A stretch of 64,000 nt of DNA, from NCBI GenBank assembly GCA_010093815.1, contig ML996571.1; one strand, 5' to 3'. The first letter of the stretch is position 1, and every line of letters begins with the position of its first letter. Below, one piece after another: positions 12,831-25,956 of this stretch. Origin of the DNA: Pseudovirgaria hyperparasitica (Eukaryota). A model generated the notes under the pieces. That model saw only the letters and a program-made list of their open reading frames with translations. It made no database searches and had not been told where the DNA came from. A program made the position numbers and the translations under genes.

Positions 12831-13291
12831 TAATAGCAAGCATTTCAGCGTTACCACTCTCTACAGGGGTCTCATAGTATTGAATCGCTGTATTAAAAAA
12901 TCCTTCATATATGAGACTTGGTGCATGAAGATCACGCGTTGAGTACATAGTTCAAGCGCTAATCTTGCAGACCGTCTGATGCTCATTCATATTCTCAAGA
13001 CAGCACCAGCGCCTCAACTGATGTCAAAGGGTGGCAAATTTCGATAACTGTGACTTTTCTTCTTCGTGGTTGAAGGAATGAAATAAGGTCGAAGGTTTTG
13101 AGTATTTCCATAGTGCAGGACATTCAGGCTCTATGTTTGCAAAGTCGACCCAAATAGATCATAGCAGTGATAATACTGGAGGCTGTATCGATCGTTAATC
13201 GTGCCTAGCGCTTAGCATCTGGTATTTAGACCCCTACGATTGTAGAGCGGTACAGCATCGTGTGTTATAGCCACGCGCGATAGAGGGAATC

Positions 13292-14854
13292 TCACGCGTT
13301 CTGATGAAGCCATTCATGCCGCAGGAGCTCTTTGGCAGTCTTGCGATCGTGTGGATCGAGTGCCAAAGCGCCTTGCAAGAAGTCAACAAAAGCCGAAATG
13401 TCCTCGCTAGTCATATTTTTAGGTCGCTTTAGGGGACCCTCTTTCCCATCAAGGAATCTCCTTAGGTTGGTCTGCTGAAGGGACGGGATCCTGAGGAGGT
13501 TGCCTGGGTCTCTCGTTAGACCACCCTGAAGTATGGACGAATGGTACCGACCTTTGTCGTCAAAGAACTCCGCAGTCCTCGCAGCACTTTCAAGAAGTCT
13601 TGGAGGCATCGCACCGAGTACCTCCATGTATTGCGCAAGATGATCATCCTCGAAGTCCAGGTACCCCGCTTGCAGGCCGCGCCCGGAAATGCGACGTGGC
13701 CTTTGACGAGCTCAATCACCTGTACTAGTCAGTCACACTTCCTCGAACTGTGTATCAAGAGCAGCTCTCTAGTTCTCAAACCCACGTACAAGACAACCGA
13801 GGCTCCATATGTCCACAGGAGGGCCCCAAGGAGCACCTAGTACTACTTCAGGAGCCCTAAGGTGCTCTGGCTGGATGTTGTTGGACAGATGTTTTGAAGT
13901 CCATGATGCTTTATTATGTCAGCGCTCTTGTTTGCTGTAGTGGTGTGTGTTCTGACATCTTACCGACGCTAAAGTCTATGATCTTAATGTTTCCGGGCTG
14001 CTCTTCCGTCATGGTCGGGGTGACATTGCTGATAGATTGTCCTTCTAACACCTCTAATCGGCATGTAAGCGACAACAACTAATATTACCAACCTCTGTAG
14101 CTCACTCTGAACAAGGTCTTCGTCGATCTCCAAGCAAATATTCGAAGGATGAAGATCTAGTAATTCTTTAGTCGGCAGTAATGACGCTATTGGTGAGCCG
14201 TGTACTTACCAGTATGGATGACTCTACATGTGTCATGCAAGAAGGACAACCCCTGGAGAAGCTGCCTGGTCACCGTTTTCATAATAGACACCGGAATGCG
14301 CTTATCAGCGAATCTCATCGCCTGGTCCATGATACTGCTTCCGACGATAGGCATGACGATGCACTCGTGCATTCCATTTGGACCTTTGATTTGGAACGTA
14401 TCCAGCAGGGTGATGCACCGACTTCTGCTAGCGCCAGTGAGTCGAGCATGTTCATTGGTTACTTTGCGAAGTATCTCAACTTCAAAGATGTCATGGTCTG
14501 TCCCATAGCAATCATTGGTCAAAAGTTTGAGCGCCACGGATCTGTTCTCTCTATATGCAATCAATATTAGATTCACAGCTATTCGGACAAAGGAGCAGCG
14601 TACTGAAGATCTTTCGCCAGCCAAACCTGAGAGTATCGGCCTCCGCCAAGCTGTCTTATGGCTTCATATCGTCCGTCTTTGAACATCTCCCTCGTGCTCG
14701 CAATGTAATACCTATCCGTCGTACCGAATAGTGGTGAGCTTTCACATTTGCTCGCTGATTTGACAGCGAGAGTAGCAGAGCAATGGTCTATTTTTTGGGA
14801 GAATTTACTACCACGTTTGAACAAAGAAGACGGCAATTTGAACCAGCGCATCAT
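13292..14854 (-). pseudogene. SRPK-like (CMGC) Ser/Thr protein kinase, frameshifted
   Basis: Multi-exon model: LGGGRYSQVWLAKD, VALKLL, HTDLHPSN, IKIIDFSV, LRAPEVVLG, VDIWSLGC and ALDPHDRKTAKELLRHEW. A frame change within an exon at ~13652 (GTWTS / EDDHLAQYMEVLG) has no intron signal. Confidence 0.75.
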
Positions 14855-14959
14855 GTTGTTATTGATTGAATCGTGATTATGTTCGCGTAGGTCAGAGGGC
14901 GCGAAAGCTCGAGGGTCGGGTAAATAAGTCTGTCACGAATCCGTCTCTAACTTTTTCAG

Positions 14960-15560
14960 CGCGACGTTTGGCATCTATACACACCTATAGAAAATATAAC
15001 GTTTGCCTATAGTAATTAAGTATCTTGAATATTATTATATACAGTAGGGGCGGCCTGCGGCCGGCAGACTGCGGGCAGTCTCTAAGGCACTAAGACATGC
15101 CGGAAAAACGATACACCACGCCGAGACGGGAAAATTTTCAAGCTACGCGTATATAGGGGCGACTGTTTAGCTGATAATTATATCTCGTCCGCTAATACGG
15201 CGCTATAGGTTATGAAAAGTATATAGAATTATACGTCATAGGTAGATCTAAAGATAGGATTCACGTAAACCGTGGTTCTTAGGGGCAGATTTCGGTAAGG
15301 GCGCTAGCGGGCACTAGATAAAAATATTATATCTTTTTATAATTCCTTTGGAATAGTCTAGCCTCCCTTGCTAAAGAGATTTTATATATATATCTTATTT
15401 CTTCTCTAATATAAGGCTCTATTAATTATCTCTAATATCTTATAGAAGCTTATACAATTAGAGAAGAGAAGGGATAGAACTCCTATTATATTATCTTTAT
15501 TAATAAGATCTTATTAAGTACTAGACTTATATATATAGAGTATAGGTAGACTGGATAGGA
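14960..15560. repeat. RIP-mutated transposon relic
   Basis: ~600 bp AT/TpA-rich patch between the kinase and the adenylation enzyme; family unresolved. Confidence 0.55.
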
Positions 15561-15837
15561 CCATCAATTAACTTTGTTACGTCTGACCTACCGAAGTTCC
15601 CGTTTCTCCCTGGTCTGATTCCGTTGACGTCTATCTCTTATGGGCGTGTACTTGCATCTTCTACTGTCTTCCTTGGTAATAGTGGTAGTCTCCTCCGTAA
15701 GACCGCCATGATAGTATGAATCAAGGAGAACGGCAACGAATCAAAAAAAGAGAAATATAAATTAACTAAGATATAGCTTCGTCTTTTTTTCATATTCCAC
15801 ATAGAACAGAGATGTAAGTCTACCGCGAACCAACGCT

Positions 15838-17690
15838 CTACAACGAGAAGCCATATGCCCGGTCGAATAGATCCTTGAACTCGGCTGCAGTCTTTGCTCG
15901 GTCAATCGCTAGCTTTGCCGTTCTCGGAAGCCTTCGCTTTAGTCCTGTTGAAAATAGGTGTTCATGGCATAATTGGACTGATGTTTTACTACCTTCATTT
16001 GCCTTCTGGATTTGCATCCACACCGAGTTCATAAAGTCTTCGTCGGAAAGCTGGAAGGCTTTTTCGTTCGGCTCGAGGAGCACAATCGGCCACGGTCTCC
16101 CCGACTGACCTATGTACACACCAGACACGAGTTCGTGATGTGCGATTTGACGTTCTAACAATGCAACAACCATATTTTGCCCATTTGATAGGCTTATCAC
16201 GTCATCAACTCGTCCGACGATGCGCCAATAGCCAGCACGGTCCGGATGAGGGACGAAGAGGTCGCCCGTATGGAATGTCTCCAGGTGAGGATATGTGTCA
16301 AACACGCCTTGGAACTGTTCTAAGCCCGCCACTTTCTTCATCTTCATTTCGAAGAGCCCATCACCATGCTCCTCAAAGTCAAGCCCCATGCACTTACCAA
16401 AGGCAAAATAGCTGTGTTCCCCGGCGGCATCATCGAATAGATGCGAGCATACCATAGGATAGATCTCTGTTGATCCATAGACCTCACAGATATCGGTTCC
16501 CCCATCTCTCTCCAGTGTTCTGATAAGATCTACACCCAGAGGGCACCCTCCAGTTTTGATTTGCTCCAATCCGCGGAGCAGAGAGAGAGCCTCGGGATCA
16601 CGGATCATGGATTCGAGAAGACCGGAGACATAGGCAATAGTCTGTATTTGACAGTGCTTGAGTATGGATTTAGCGTAGCTGACATCTACGCCGCCTTTTG
16701 GTAGGGCGATAATAGGCTGCGCGTCATCGTAGACGGGGTGGAAAAGAGCGAGGGCAAGACCCCATGTCTGGTGAGAGGTGAAGTCACCATGCTGGAGGGT
16801 GTATTCTATGGCATCTACTTGGGAACAAACTTACATGGCATGGGAAAAAATGGGTATGCAATCTTTTGCCGGCGTATCTTGGAGCTCGGGTTTGAGGGCT
16901 TTTCTGCGAAAGGAAGCGAGCTGCGCCAAATGCTGCCAGGCGTCGGTTGGTGTAGTAGATTGGCTTTGGTAAAGCTGCTGATGGTAAGCGACCTAAAAGA
17001 GCAAAGATTGGGGCAAGGACCATACATGTGGTTCCAGATGAATGTAAAATACAGGCGACCCGACCAGCAGAGGATGCATATGTCTCATTGTAAGGATAAG
17101 GTAGCCCTGCCGGAACTGACAACCAGTTCTCAGATGGTGGCACAGGAACCTGACAAACATCTAATCTGGTCCTCAACACCGCCGCAATGTTCGAGTCCGT
17201 GGGCAGGGTTCCGCGAAGTAAGAGACATTGGCAGCCAACCTTGTCGAACAAATTCACTATGCCATCGAAGGAGGCATAACAAGATAACAGGAGGATCTGA
17301 CAAACAGCACACTACCATCAGCATAGCTCGTTTCATGAGTTGCGGGATTCGCCAACCTACCTTGCACCGAATCTTCATGCAAGCTACTATCATTATGACA
17401 TACTGCAGATCGAAAGGGCCCCAATAGCTAACGGTCTGGAATCGTACGTTTGCTGTTTTTAGAGCAGAGTTCAACCACCAGGCAGCATGATCTATCGCTC
17501 GCGCGAAAGCCGAGTATGTGATGTCTTGGAAGCCCTGGGAAAGGTCTTCGGTATCGTGTGGGATGGTGGCGTAGACCTTATTGGGTTCACGGGTGGCAAT
17601 ATAATCAATTCTCGGGACCAGGAGTCGAGGGCTTCCATCTGACAGAAGCTCTGACAGGCCGATGTTAGGAGGCGGCGCCGTTAACCCCAT
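15838..17690 (-). CDS. Stand-alone adenylate-forming (AMP-binding, NRPS-like A-domain type) enzyme
   Basis: Exons 17690-17361, 17296-17026, ~16974-16835 and 16767-15838 splice into an open frame. Motifs DITYSAFARAID, HSSGTT(S)LPKP, YGSTE, FHTGDLF, GRVDDVISLSNG and LPRTAK. Ends without T or R domains. Confidence 0.8.
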
Positions 17691-18745
17691 AACTATGTGC
17701 AGACCTGGACAGACACGAAGGGGGCAGTTGTAGATGGTAAGCAACAGCTCAGTCGTCTAGAAAGCGGGACACAAGAGAACATCAAAAGAGCTGTTGTTTT
17801 CATGCTTGATGATGTCGTAATTAAACCACTGGTCACTTGACTAGTTCTGGTCTTTTGGCCTAGTGGTTGAATCACGACAGAGCCATGGACTACTGGTCAC
17901 GGGAAGGACAAGCATTTTCGACTGTTCTATACGAATGCGACACATGGCAGGGGAAGACCTGCTGAACGTACTATGGGTATGGTGGGTAATACTTCCCACT
18001 TGTCAAGCTCTCTTGGAATCGGTTTCAAGTGCTTCTTTACTGTTTAGAAACTCCTTATCCAGAAGGATTCTAATTAACACTACCTATACTAAGCTCTATT
18101 AAGTCAAATCAATGTATCTCTAATAGAAGCGGTTCTGGGGGAAAAGGGCCGAAAGGGAGGTATCACCCTTGCGACCGTAGTACGAAATGCTTTCTGACCG
18201 TGACGTACAGTCGCATAGCGCTACGAATTGAGTAGCGCCATGGTTAGAATAGCGTCAGCTAGGGCGATAAGAAAAGGCGAGTTTTGGGATCTGGGTCTAC
18301 AAACGCACCGACAGTAATCTTCAAGGGTTCCTGGATACGGATGCAATTGGTGAAGTATATGAAATGGTATGTTCCAATCCCACGTGCTCGCCCTGATAAG
18401 GCAGCCAGTGAGCGTGACTCAAATCGAGGCGACTTCTTGACAGCCCCGCCCGGTCGTGCCTTTAACAAAATACTGTGGTGGTATAGGTAAAGATTGTTAT
18501 TACAGGTCAGTGCTTAACTACGGTCATTCACGCCTATGTAGGGAATGATTGGACTTTATTAGGTGTGAGGCGAGGTATTATAATTTAAAAACGCTGCGAC
18601 TTAGGGGCAAAGAGACATAGACGATTATTGCCCCTACTATTACACAGTACATTGCGTGCGTTAGTGTGTGTGTGTATTTCACCAAGATGATCAAGCAACC
18701 TCCTTGCCAAAAACTGTGATGAGCGGACCCATGATGCTACCATTA

Positions 18746-19649
18746 TCAATCTTGTTTCGTACCTTTGAGATCCAGCGCGCCTAGTGCAACGGCTGCCGCA
18801 GTTCCATTCACGAGGCCTAAGCCTGCCTTCGGACCGAGTTCGATTGGTTTGATGCTGTTAATGCTGAGGGCTTTAGGCGCAGAGAATAGTCTGTCCGCTA
18901 CTCTGCGCCATCTCGACTCGAATGTCCGGATTTCCCTCAATCGCACCAACGATATATGACAAAGGCATAAGATCGCCTGACACAAAGACAGAACCACGGA
19001 GCAGAAACACGGGGGCGATTTGGTGTTTGAGTAGACATGCCATTGCCTCCAGGACAGGGAGCGATACAGCGGTATGACCTCGAAGTGTCTTGTTGCAGCG
19101 CACCGCAATTGTTGCGCGAAGCCAGTCCGAAGGCATCGCCTGTACCGGCTTTGACCCATCTGGCGACTGGTTACCGACTCCAGCCTGGGTGAGCTGCAGC
19201 AAAGCTGCTTGTAGCTGGATCGTTTCGCCTGTTCTCGAGTTGACACTGCCCCTGAGCCCAGTGTTCGTGCCTGTTGCATGTCATCAGCACATATTAGCGT
19301 AAAAGAACGGCCATCGACATGATTGGGTTACGTGCCGTAGACATAGAGGCCGTCAGCGAGGTGGCCCAGCAAAGCCTGCACGCCATCACGCATGTTTCTC
19401 AGTTCACCTTCACGATTCGTGAGCCGGGGTAAACACCCATGGCTATCGCAATTAGTCTCATCATCTCCGACGGGTAATGAAGTCAGCAATGTGCAGGTCT
19501 TCACCGTCAATTTCAGAGCATCTGCTCCGTATTTGCTACTGGAGGCGGGCTCATGTCTCAAGGGCTTTCGTGATATGCCGAGTGTCCGCGTCTCGGCCCT
19601 TCCTATCATCACTGCCGGTGCCGTCTTTGATAACAGTAATACCGCTCAT
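18746..19649 (-). pseudogene. Phenylalanine ammonia-lyase (PAL) pseudogene, N-terminal half only
   Basis: Motifs IDGEDLHIA, YVYG/TNTGLRGSVNSRT, LQAALLQLTQAG, MPSDWLRATIAVRCN, RGSVFVSGDLMPLSYIVG and LGPKAGLGLVNGT. Two early in-frame stops, MIO triad ASG changed to VSG (18983-18975), a frameshift at ~18885, and no C-terminal half. Confidence 0.88.
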
Positions 19650-20039
19650 GATGTTGCAGACGCGCGGTTTCCCAAAGGCGTCAAAACCTCGAGAACTACC
19701 CTGGTTCGATCAGTCTCTATGGCGCAAGTATATTGATGTCTGTGAGCATAAAGACTCGGCAGTCCACCAATCATTTATGTCTCGACCATACCACATAGAC
19801 GCGAGTCATCCGGCTTCAGCTTCAGCTGGTCCATATTCAAAGGATGGACATGCAGAGTGAACCTGTCTGAGGCAGTTTTCAAAACCTCAGGTGACGTTCG
19901 TTTTTTGACCGTTTGGACCTTCAATATCCCAATATTCACCATGTGTTTAATGTCTCATCCCACCTCCAACTTAAGACCCGAGCTAAGGACCAGGGTTAGA
20001 AGACGGCGTAGAGCTAAAGGAATATGGCTTCAAGATGGC

Positions 20040-20255
20040 TAAACTTACCTATTTTAGATATAGTCGGAGGTTAAGATCGACCTTTTTCGAGTAGTAAGTA
20101 TTTATCGTCCGCCGAATAACTCGAATCTATTCGACTTCGCTTATACTTCAATAGAGCTAAGAGAAACTATGGATCTAGTATAGCCGGATACTGAAGAGAA
20201 AGAAAGAGAGATAGTGTGTGTGTGTATGTGTGAGACAGAGAGAGAGAGTATATAT
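20040..20255. repeat. RIP-like relic followed by (GA)n/(GT)n microsatellite
   Basis: TpA-rich patch, then gaagagaaagaaagagagatagtgtgtgtgtgtatgtgtgagacagagagagagag. Confidence 0.5.
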
Positions 20256-21349
20256 AGGTGTATGCGTAGATTTGAGTCTGGGAATTAATCTTGAACCAAT
20301 CAGAAAGCTAGCGCCGAAGATACCCGCGGCTATCGCCCGCCTATGTAAAGTTGGGGTGCTCGATATACTCTTTATTGGTGGTCGATATAGCTTTACTTAT
20401 TTTGGAGGTCAAAATCGACGTGAGATTTCACGCGATTAGTCTCTTTGCTGATCAACAAATGCATGCAGGGGCAGGGTCTGGATAAGGCGTTGTGCTGCGA
20501 GCCGCTCGGCCCGTAGCCCACGGGAAGTAACATTTAAAGATCATGCTATACACACGTTCACTTAGTCCCAGCTGCTGACCCTGTCCTTTTTCTCGACAAC
20601 TTGCCTGTCCGGCAAGCATAGGAGCAAGCATGCATCTGCATAGCAGTAATTCATTGGCTGAAAAGACTTGCAATTGTGATGAACTGACCTGCTTAACCTG
20701 CCGGAAGCTATACAGGTAATGAACAAGCTCTGCTGCCTGAGGGCCTATGATCCTGTGCATCTACCCGGGCGACTTTCTCGTACGATACGAAAAACGGGAA
20801 TAGGCATTTCTGGTTGTGTCGGGTGCATGCCACGCTGATTAATAAGTGAACGAATATTCGGCCATCGTAGCATTGCACTTTTGACATTCACACTTTCGAG
20901 ATGGTCTGCTGACTAGCTGGTCAGGTCATCACGCCACTTCCCAAAATCACCCAAGTTGTGAATCTCTGTCGCATTTGATAGTCTTGAGCCGGCGTAGACG
21001 GTGGTGTGAAGTACTGTCTTGTGCTACCATATCTTTACCCGAGCTCGACACCCAAATTAGTCTAGCCATATAGATAAGTGATCAGTCTTGTGCCGGGACG
21101 CAAGCAGTCTGATGTCACTATACAGTGTCACGGACTCTTCCACATGTTTTCCAGTGAAACTTTTAGCACCAGTATATATGATCTAGTTCATCCAGCCGAA
21201 AAGCAGATGTATATCTGCTTCAAAGCAGCTCAGCTTGTCTAGAAGGCTAATAGCCTTACCAGTCTTAGGTAAAGCCGGTCGATTCGATCCGTTCAGTTTG
21301 GTTTTACCCTGAGACTGCTGATCTCCTTCTTGCCTTCTCAACTTTGAAT

Positions 21350-22351
21350 ATGGCGGATCTCAATCACGATGCACCAACAATGTATAGCAGTTTGGACTGG
21401 GACCACTACGCCCGATGGCGACCACCGTACCCGCAGTCGCTGAAAGACCTGATTTATGGCTATCGCAGTGAACACTCTGGAGCCGGTTGGAAACGAATTG
21501 TCGATGTTGGCGGTGGTGTTGGGATTTCCTCGGCGATCTTTGCCTCAGACTTTGGCACTGTGCATCTCCTCGATCCCAGTCCTTTGAATCATCAGATGGC
21601 ACGGAAATACCTGGGCCAGTTGGTGGAGCAACAGAGCCTCCAAACTAAGCTAGACTTCACGCAAGCGACTGCCGAAGAAGGCCATAAGTTCGTGAAAGAC
21701 GCAGACATGCTCATTTGCGCCGAAACAGCACATTTTATCGATCCTGAAGAACTCGTCAAGTCTGCAGCTGCGATTCTTCGCCCGGCTGGCACATTAGCTA
21801 TTTACAGCTACTGGGGGCCGATTTTTCCCGACCAGTCGAGGGAACTCAGCGACGCATTCTGCAAAGTCATCACTCGAGCACTGGGCTGTTGTCTCAAACC
21901 AGGTGATGAAGAAGCGCGATCGAGGCTCGGGAGCGCTGCGGCTCGGGTATCAGCGGGAAAGAGCGTGCTTGATTCTATTCCTGTTCCGGAGGAGTATTTC
22001 GAAGACATCCGTCGAGTACGGATCAACCCTGATGCCGAGAGAGCGATTGAGGTCTTCAGAAAAAGTTTCCCCGTCGATCATGAACCTGCTCCCTCCCGTA
22101 TCGGCAACAATGATAAGCATTTCATCTATCAGAGTGGTTGTGATCCCGAAGCAGAAGGATGGAGCTTTTTGGTCGATAACAGGTGGCTCCACAACTTCAT
22201 TGCCACTATGCGCCCGACTGACGTTGAGCTGAGCGATGAGGAACAGAAGGTTATCTTTGGGGAGTGGGATATGCTTTTCGCGAATGAATGCCCATCCGGG
22301 TCTACGCGAGCCTTATGGGCTGTAAACGTCATCCTCGCTACGCGGAGATAG
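21350..22351 (+). CDS. Class I SAM-dependent methyltransferase (small-molecule, Methyltransf_11/25-like)
   Basis: Intronless 333-aa ORF with YARWRPPYP, motif I IVDVGGGVG, LLDPS, AETAHFID and LRPAGTLAIYSY. Confidence 0.85.
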   Translation: MADLNHDAPTMYSSLDWDHYARWRPPYPQSLKDLIYGYRSEHSGAGWKRIVDVGGGVGISSAIFASDFGTVHLLDPSPLNHQMARKYLGQLVEQQSLQTKLDFTQATAEEGHKFVKDADMLICAETAHFIDPEELVKSAAAILRPAGTLAIYSYWGPIFPDQSRELSDAFCKVITRALGCCLKPGDEEARSRLGSAAARVSAGKSVLDSIPVPEEYFEDIRRVRINPDAERAIEVFRKSFPVDHEPAPSRIGNNDKHFIYQSGCDPEAEGWSFLVDNRWLHNFIATMRPTDVELSDEEQKVIFGEWDMLFANECPSGSTRALWAVNVILATRR

Positions 22352-23336
22352 GGTCGACGAACCAAGGGGATGTTTATCGAAGTATAAGATGTCTAACGGA
22401 GCTCGGTCGATTCTATGGGCGTTTTTCAAAACTTCGTTCGAGGTAAGAGCGCCTGATGCACATGACCGGGGCGCAGTTCACTGCCCGAAGATAATACCCG
22501 TTTACCAGCGCTGCGCTAAGAGTAGTGGTCACTCGCGCTAGATATAAATATGTGCCATGAGTAACTTAAGCGTCTTACGCGTACTTCATCAGTCTTTCTT
22601 CAAAGCCTGGTGCTCATTCCTACATGCCCGTGACATTTCAGATTTCCTTGAGAATCCTCTCGTATTCAAGATGACGGACAAGCACGCATCTATAACATTG
22701 CTCATCCACTGCCATGCCAGTGAGCCAGAATGTGGGAAACATTGCCTCAAGGCGTGCTGCACAGAACCACTCTCGATCAAATCAGGCACGCGATTTTGTA
22801 GTCCTTATCAACATGAATGTTGCTCTCGGTGACTAGGTCCTGTAAGGGATCCCCCAGAGTTGATAGTACGGACGAGTAGTTGCAGGAAGGCGCGTCGTTG
22901 GACTGAGACTGAACCGTATTGTTGACGGATGAGGGTGAGCGTAAGAAATCAGAAGGCGTTGTCCGGACTGTGCCACTTAGGACGCGTTCAGACAACCACA
23001 CTAGGCCCAATGAGACGAGGTGCTGGATATATTGTAGGTGCGTCAAGTCGTAAATACGTTGCACGAAAGACTGTTCCAATATCATTAACGGTGGCTAGCA
23101 TGTCTGAGAAAACCAGCTTGGTAGTAATTTGGCAGAAAACAACATAAGCATGGCAGCCAAAAGGAATGTGATGCTCTTGAAGACGGCCTTGTGAACCGGG
23201 AGCTTGCAATGTGTACATCCTTACGGAGTGAGCCCTCCTGCATCATCAAATGTTAGTAGGCATGGTTTCCGAACATAAACTGTATTGTATTGGGTGTCGG
23301 TATCTTACAAGTCCTCTCCTCGTGACGTAATAATCT

Positions 23337-25357
23337 TTACACTTCCAGCCCGTACCCTCTCACCCATCTCAACTCTGCCGCCTGTCTCTCTAGCGCCCTT
23401 CTCATTTCCCTGTCATATTCTCTCTCCCTCTTCATTTGCTCATGCTCCAATGCATCCTGTGCTTGCTCGTCAAGCTCATCCGCCAAGAAAGTAGCCTGAG
23501 TCCCAAAGCCCACCATGCCGAGCATTCCATCACCGGTCCAGACCAGCAGGTTATCTTGTCCGAGGGGCACATCATTTCCCGTCGCCTCCGAAGCGACCAT
23601 AGGAATGATTTTTTGGACGATGTCCCCTTCTGCTGCATCCATGGCAGGCTCTTGGACTTGTGCGCTTCTGTGGTCATTCACTAAGGAATCCAGATCTCTA
23701 GCTGCGCGATGTGTTCGGATTGCGTCATTGATATTGAATTGTCGCACTGGCGTCGAACCATCGCGCTCAACCCACTTTAGCCAGCCGTCCCCATCTGAGA
23801 ATACGATACGGCAGCCATGCGATACAGCGGAAAGCAGCTTGGAGCGTGATGCGGAGTAGCGGTTGCGGTAAGACGTATCAGGATTTGACGTCGTGCGCGC
23901 GTCTGATACTAGTATGCCGCGCTTGGGCTCGGAGGAGAGGCCATAGAGTTCAAGCGAACCCTTGCCTTTGTATTCTCCCGCAGCGAGGATAGTGTTACCT
24001 GATCTGGCTTTGGCTTCTCTAATGCCGGAAAGATTGGGCGGGCGAAGCAGATTGCGGAAGTCATGAGGTACGTAGGGAAATGGGAGGAGAGCGAGACTAG
24101 AGAGCCGGGCGCCTGAGTGAACAGTACCATGGATTTTGGGGAAGAGACGTCGATCGTAATTAAGTAGGCTTGTGAATCGACCAGCGACCCAAATGTCACC
24201 ATTACCATCCCAAGGTTGCCCCTCTGGTATGTGTAGTATAGAGAGAGCACCAGGCTGCGATAGTGAGACATATGCCCCTGAGGGCCCTCCGCCATACATT
24301 AGAGGTAAGAAAGAGCTTTTCTTCGGTGGTGTGCCTCCTATAAGCTCCAGCCGTGTATTTTCAGACTCGTTGGTGAATGCTATAGGTTGTCTTGGATCAT
24401 GAAGATGCACAGTACCATTTGTACCGATGGTCAATGGAACTGGGTGTCTCGCCTCTGACAGGGCTGTGATTGCAAATGGATATGGACTCCTCGAGACGAC
24501 TTGCATGGTATGTAGATCAACCTCGTTTAGCATATTCGTGACACCAAAATATCCTTTCTTCTGCTTGTTATCTATGCTGACCACCTCTACTGCCCCCGTC
24601 TCGGTCATGGCGGTCTTGCTCTGCGTTATCCGGGTGTTGCGATCCGACCTTAGATCTAGTCCAGCAAGCAGTCCAACAGAAGTCTTCTCAATTATACGGC
24701 CCTGATTAGGCTCTGAGCGAGCATCCTGGACAAAAGAGACGTCCCATATACATATACTCCCATCATCCATCGGAGCGATGAGCTTGTCTGCCATGCATTC
24801 TGAGTCGTCATAAAGGATCCCCATTCCTGTAGCTTCATGCTGGACCATGTTGTCATTCTTTCCACGATAGACACCTTGCAACCAGCTGAGTTGCACAGGT
24901 GCATGCCGATGGATGAATTCTTGATAGAAGTTGCTATCTTCGTTTGGATATGACGGATCCCAACTGGCCATCATATTGGTTCGCCTTTGTGCGGTTACTT
25001 GATATGTTGTTCTCTCTGAGCTTGGCTCGATACTGGCCTGATTGCCCGTTTCTTGTGCCGCTATCGCTTCCATTGCGTGAACGATCTGCAGCGTTTGGTG
25101 GTTTTGTGAGTCCTGCAGTCGCATGCGTTGTTGATGGAGCCCTGCGCGAGTGCGCTCGAAGCAGATCTGCTTCCAGATTTCATTATCGCGGCCGACTTTG
25201 AGAAAGCGACGAGAGGTCAATTGAACGTTGACGAGGTCGAGATAATTGAGGACTGTCGCATTACGTCAGTTGACTGATCGCAACATTCTTGACTAGGGCT
25301 ATAACGGGACTCACATGTGAAGATATGGAGTACAACCTCGTCCGGGAGACGATGCAT
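23337..25357 (-). CDS. F-box domain protein with probable beta-propeller-like C-terminal region
   Basis: Exons 25357-25315 and 25252-23337. F-box MHRLPDEVVLHIFTFLNYLDLVNVQLTSRRFLKVGRDNEIWK; WD-like segments (DDGSICIWD, GTVHLHDPR). Confidence 0.8.
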
Positions 25358-25956
25358 ATCGATATCACAAAATTACTCCAATGCTACCTAAAATATCGGT
25401 TTCATAGTAAAAAGTCGTTGTCGCCAGACGAACTATGTAGTTGGTACCCGTTAAATACCGCACTAGTCTATTTTAGGATGAGCGCCGTACATCTTCAACA
25501 CCATGCCAAGCAAGTTGAGATGGCAACTTAAAAGCGACCACGACTTCTGGGTGCACTCATTAATATACATTACTCTGAACTACGGAGTATTGTCAACCAA
25601 ACAGTCGCCCAAGTCTGAGACAGAGTCCACCATCGCCCAAATAATCAGCCAGCGCTAGTCGTTTCCGATACCGAAATTGCCGAACTGGATAGTTCAAGCG
25701 CTAACATAATACCTATAGTCTACCCCGCGGGATCAAGACGGTCTTCTTATTGTCCGTGCTGTTTCTGCCGTTGTTCTGATGTGTAGTCTTACGTCATGAC
25801 TACTCCCAAGCAACACGTATTGGACAGTATTACGAGACCACCTTAGGCTGCCCGCTAATCTATGTTACGAAGATATGTAGCTTTGCGCATTGTGTACTTT
25901 GTAAGACATCCATTTGCAGAAGTCAGCATTCTTGTATGCTTCAAGTCTAGACAATA

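Noticed and set aside
18215..18240. Hairpin gcgctac-N7-gtagcgc as a possible RNA gene
   Set aside because: Short stem with no tRNA or 5S features. No RNA genes were recognised in the window.
12590..22400. Starship-like giant element as the origin of the accessory island
   Set aside because: No tyrosine-recombinase captain gene or boundary repeats visible.
22400..23250. Overlapping short minus-strand ORFs, a possible gene remnant downstream of the methyltransferase
   Set aside because: No recognisable domain or splice model.
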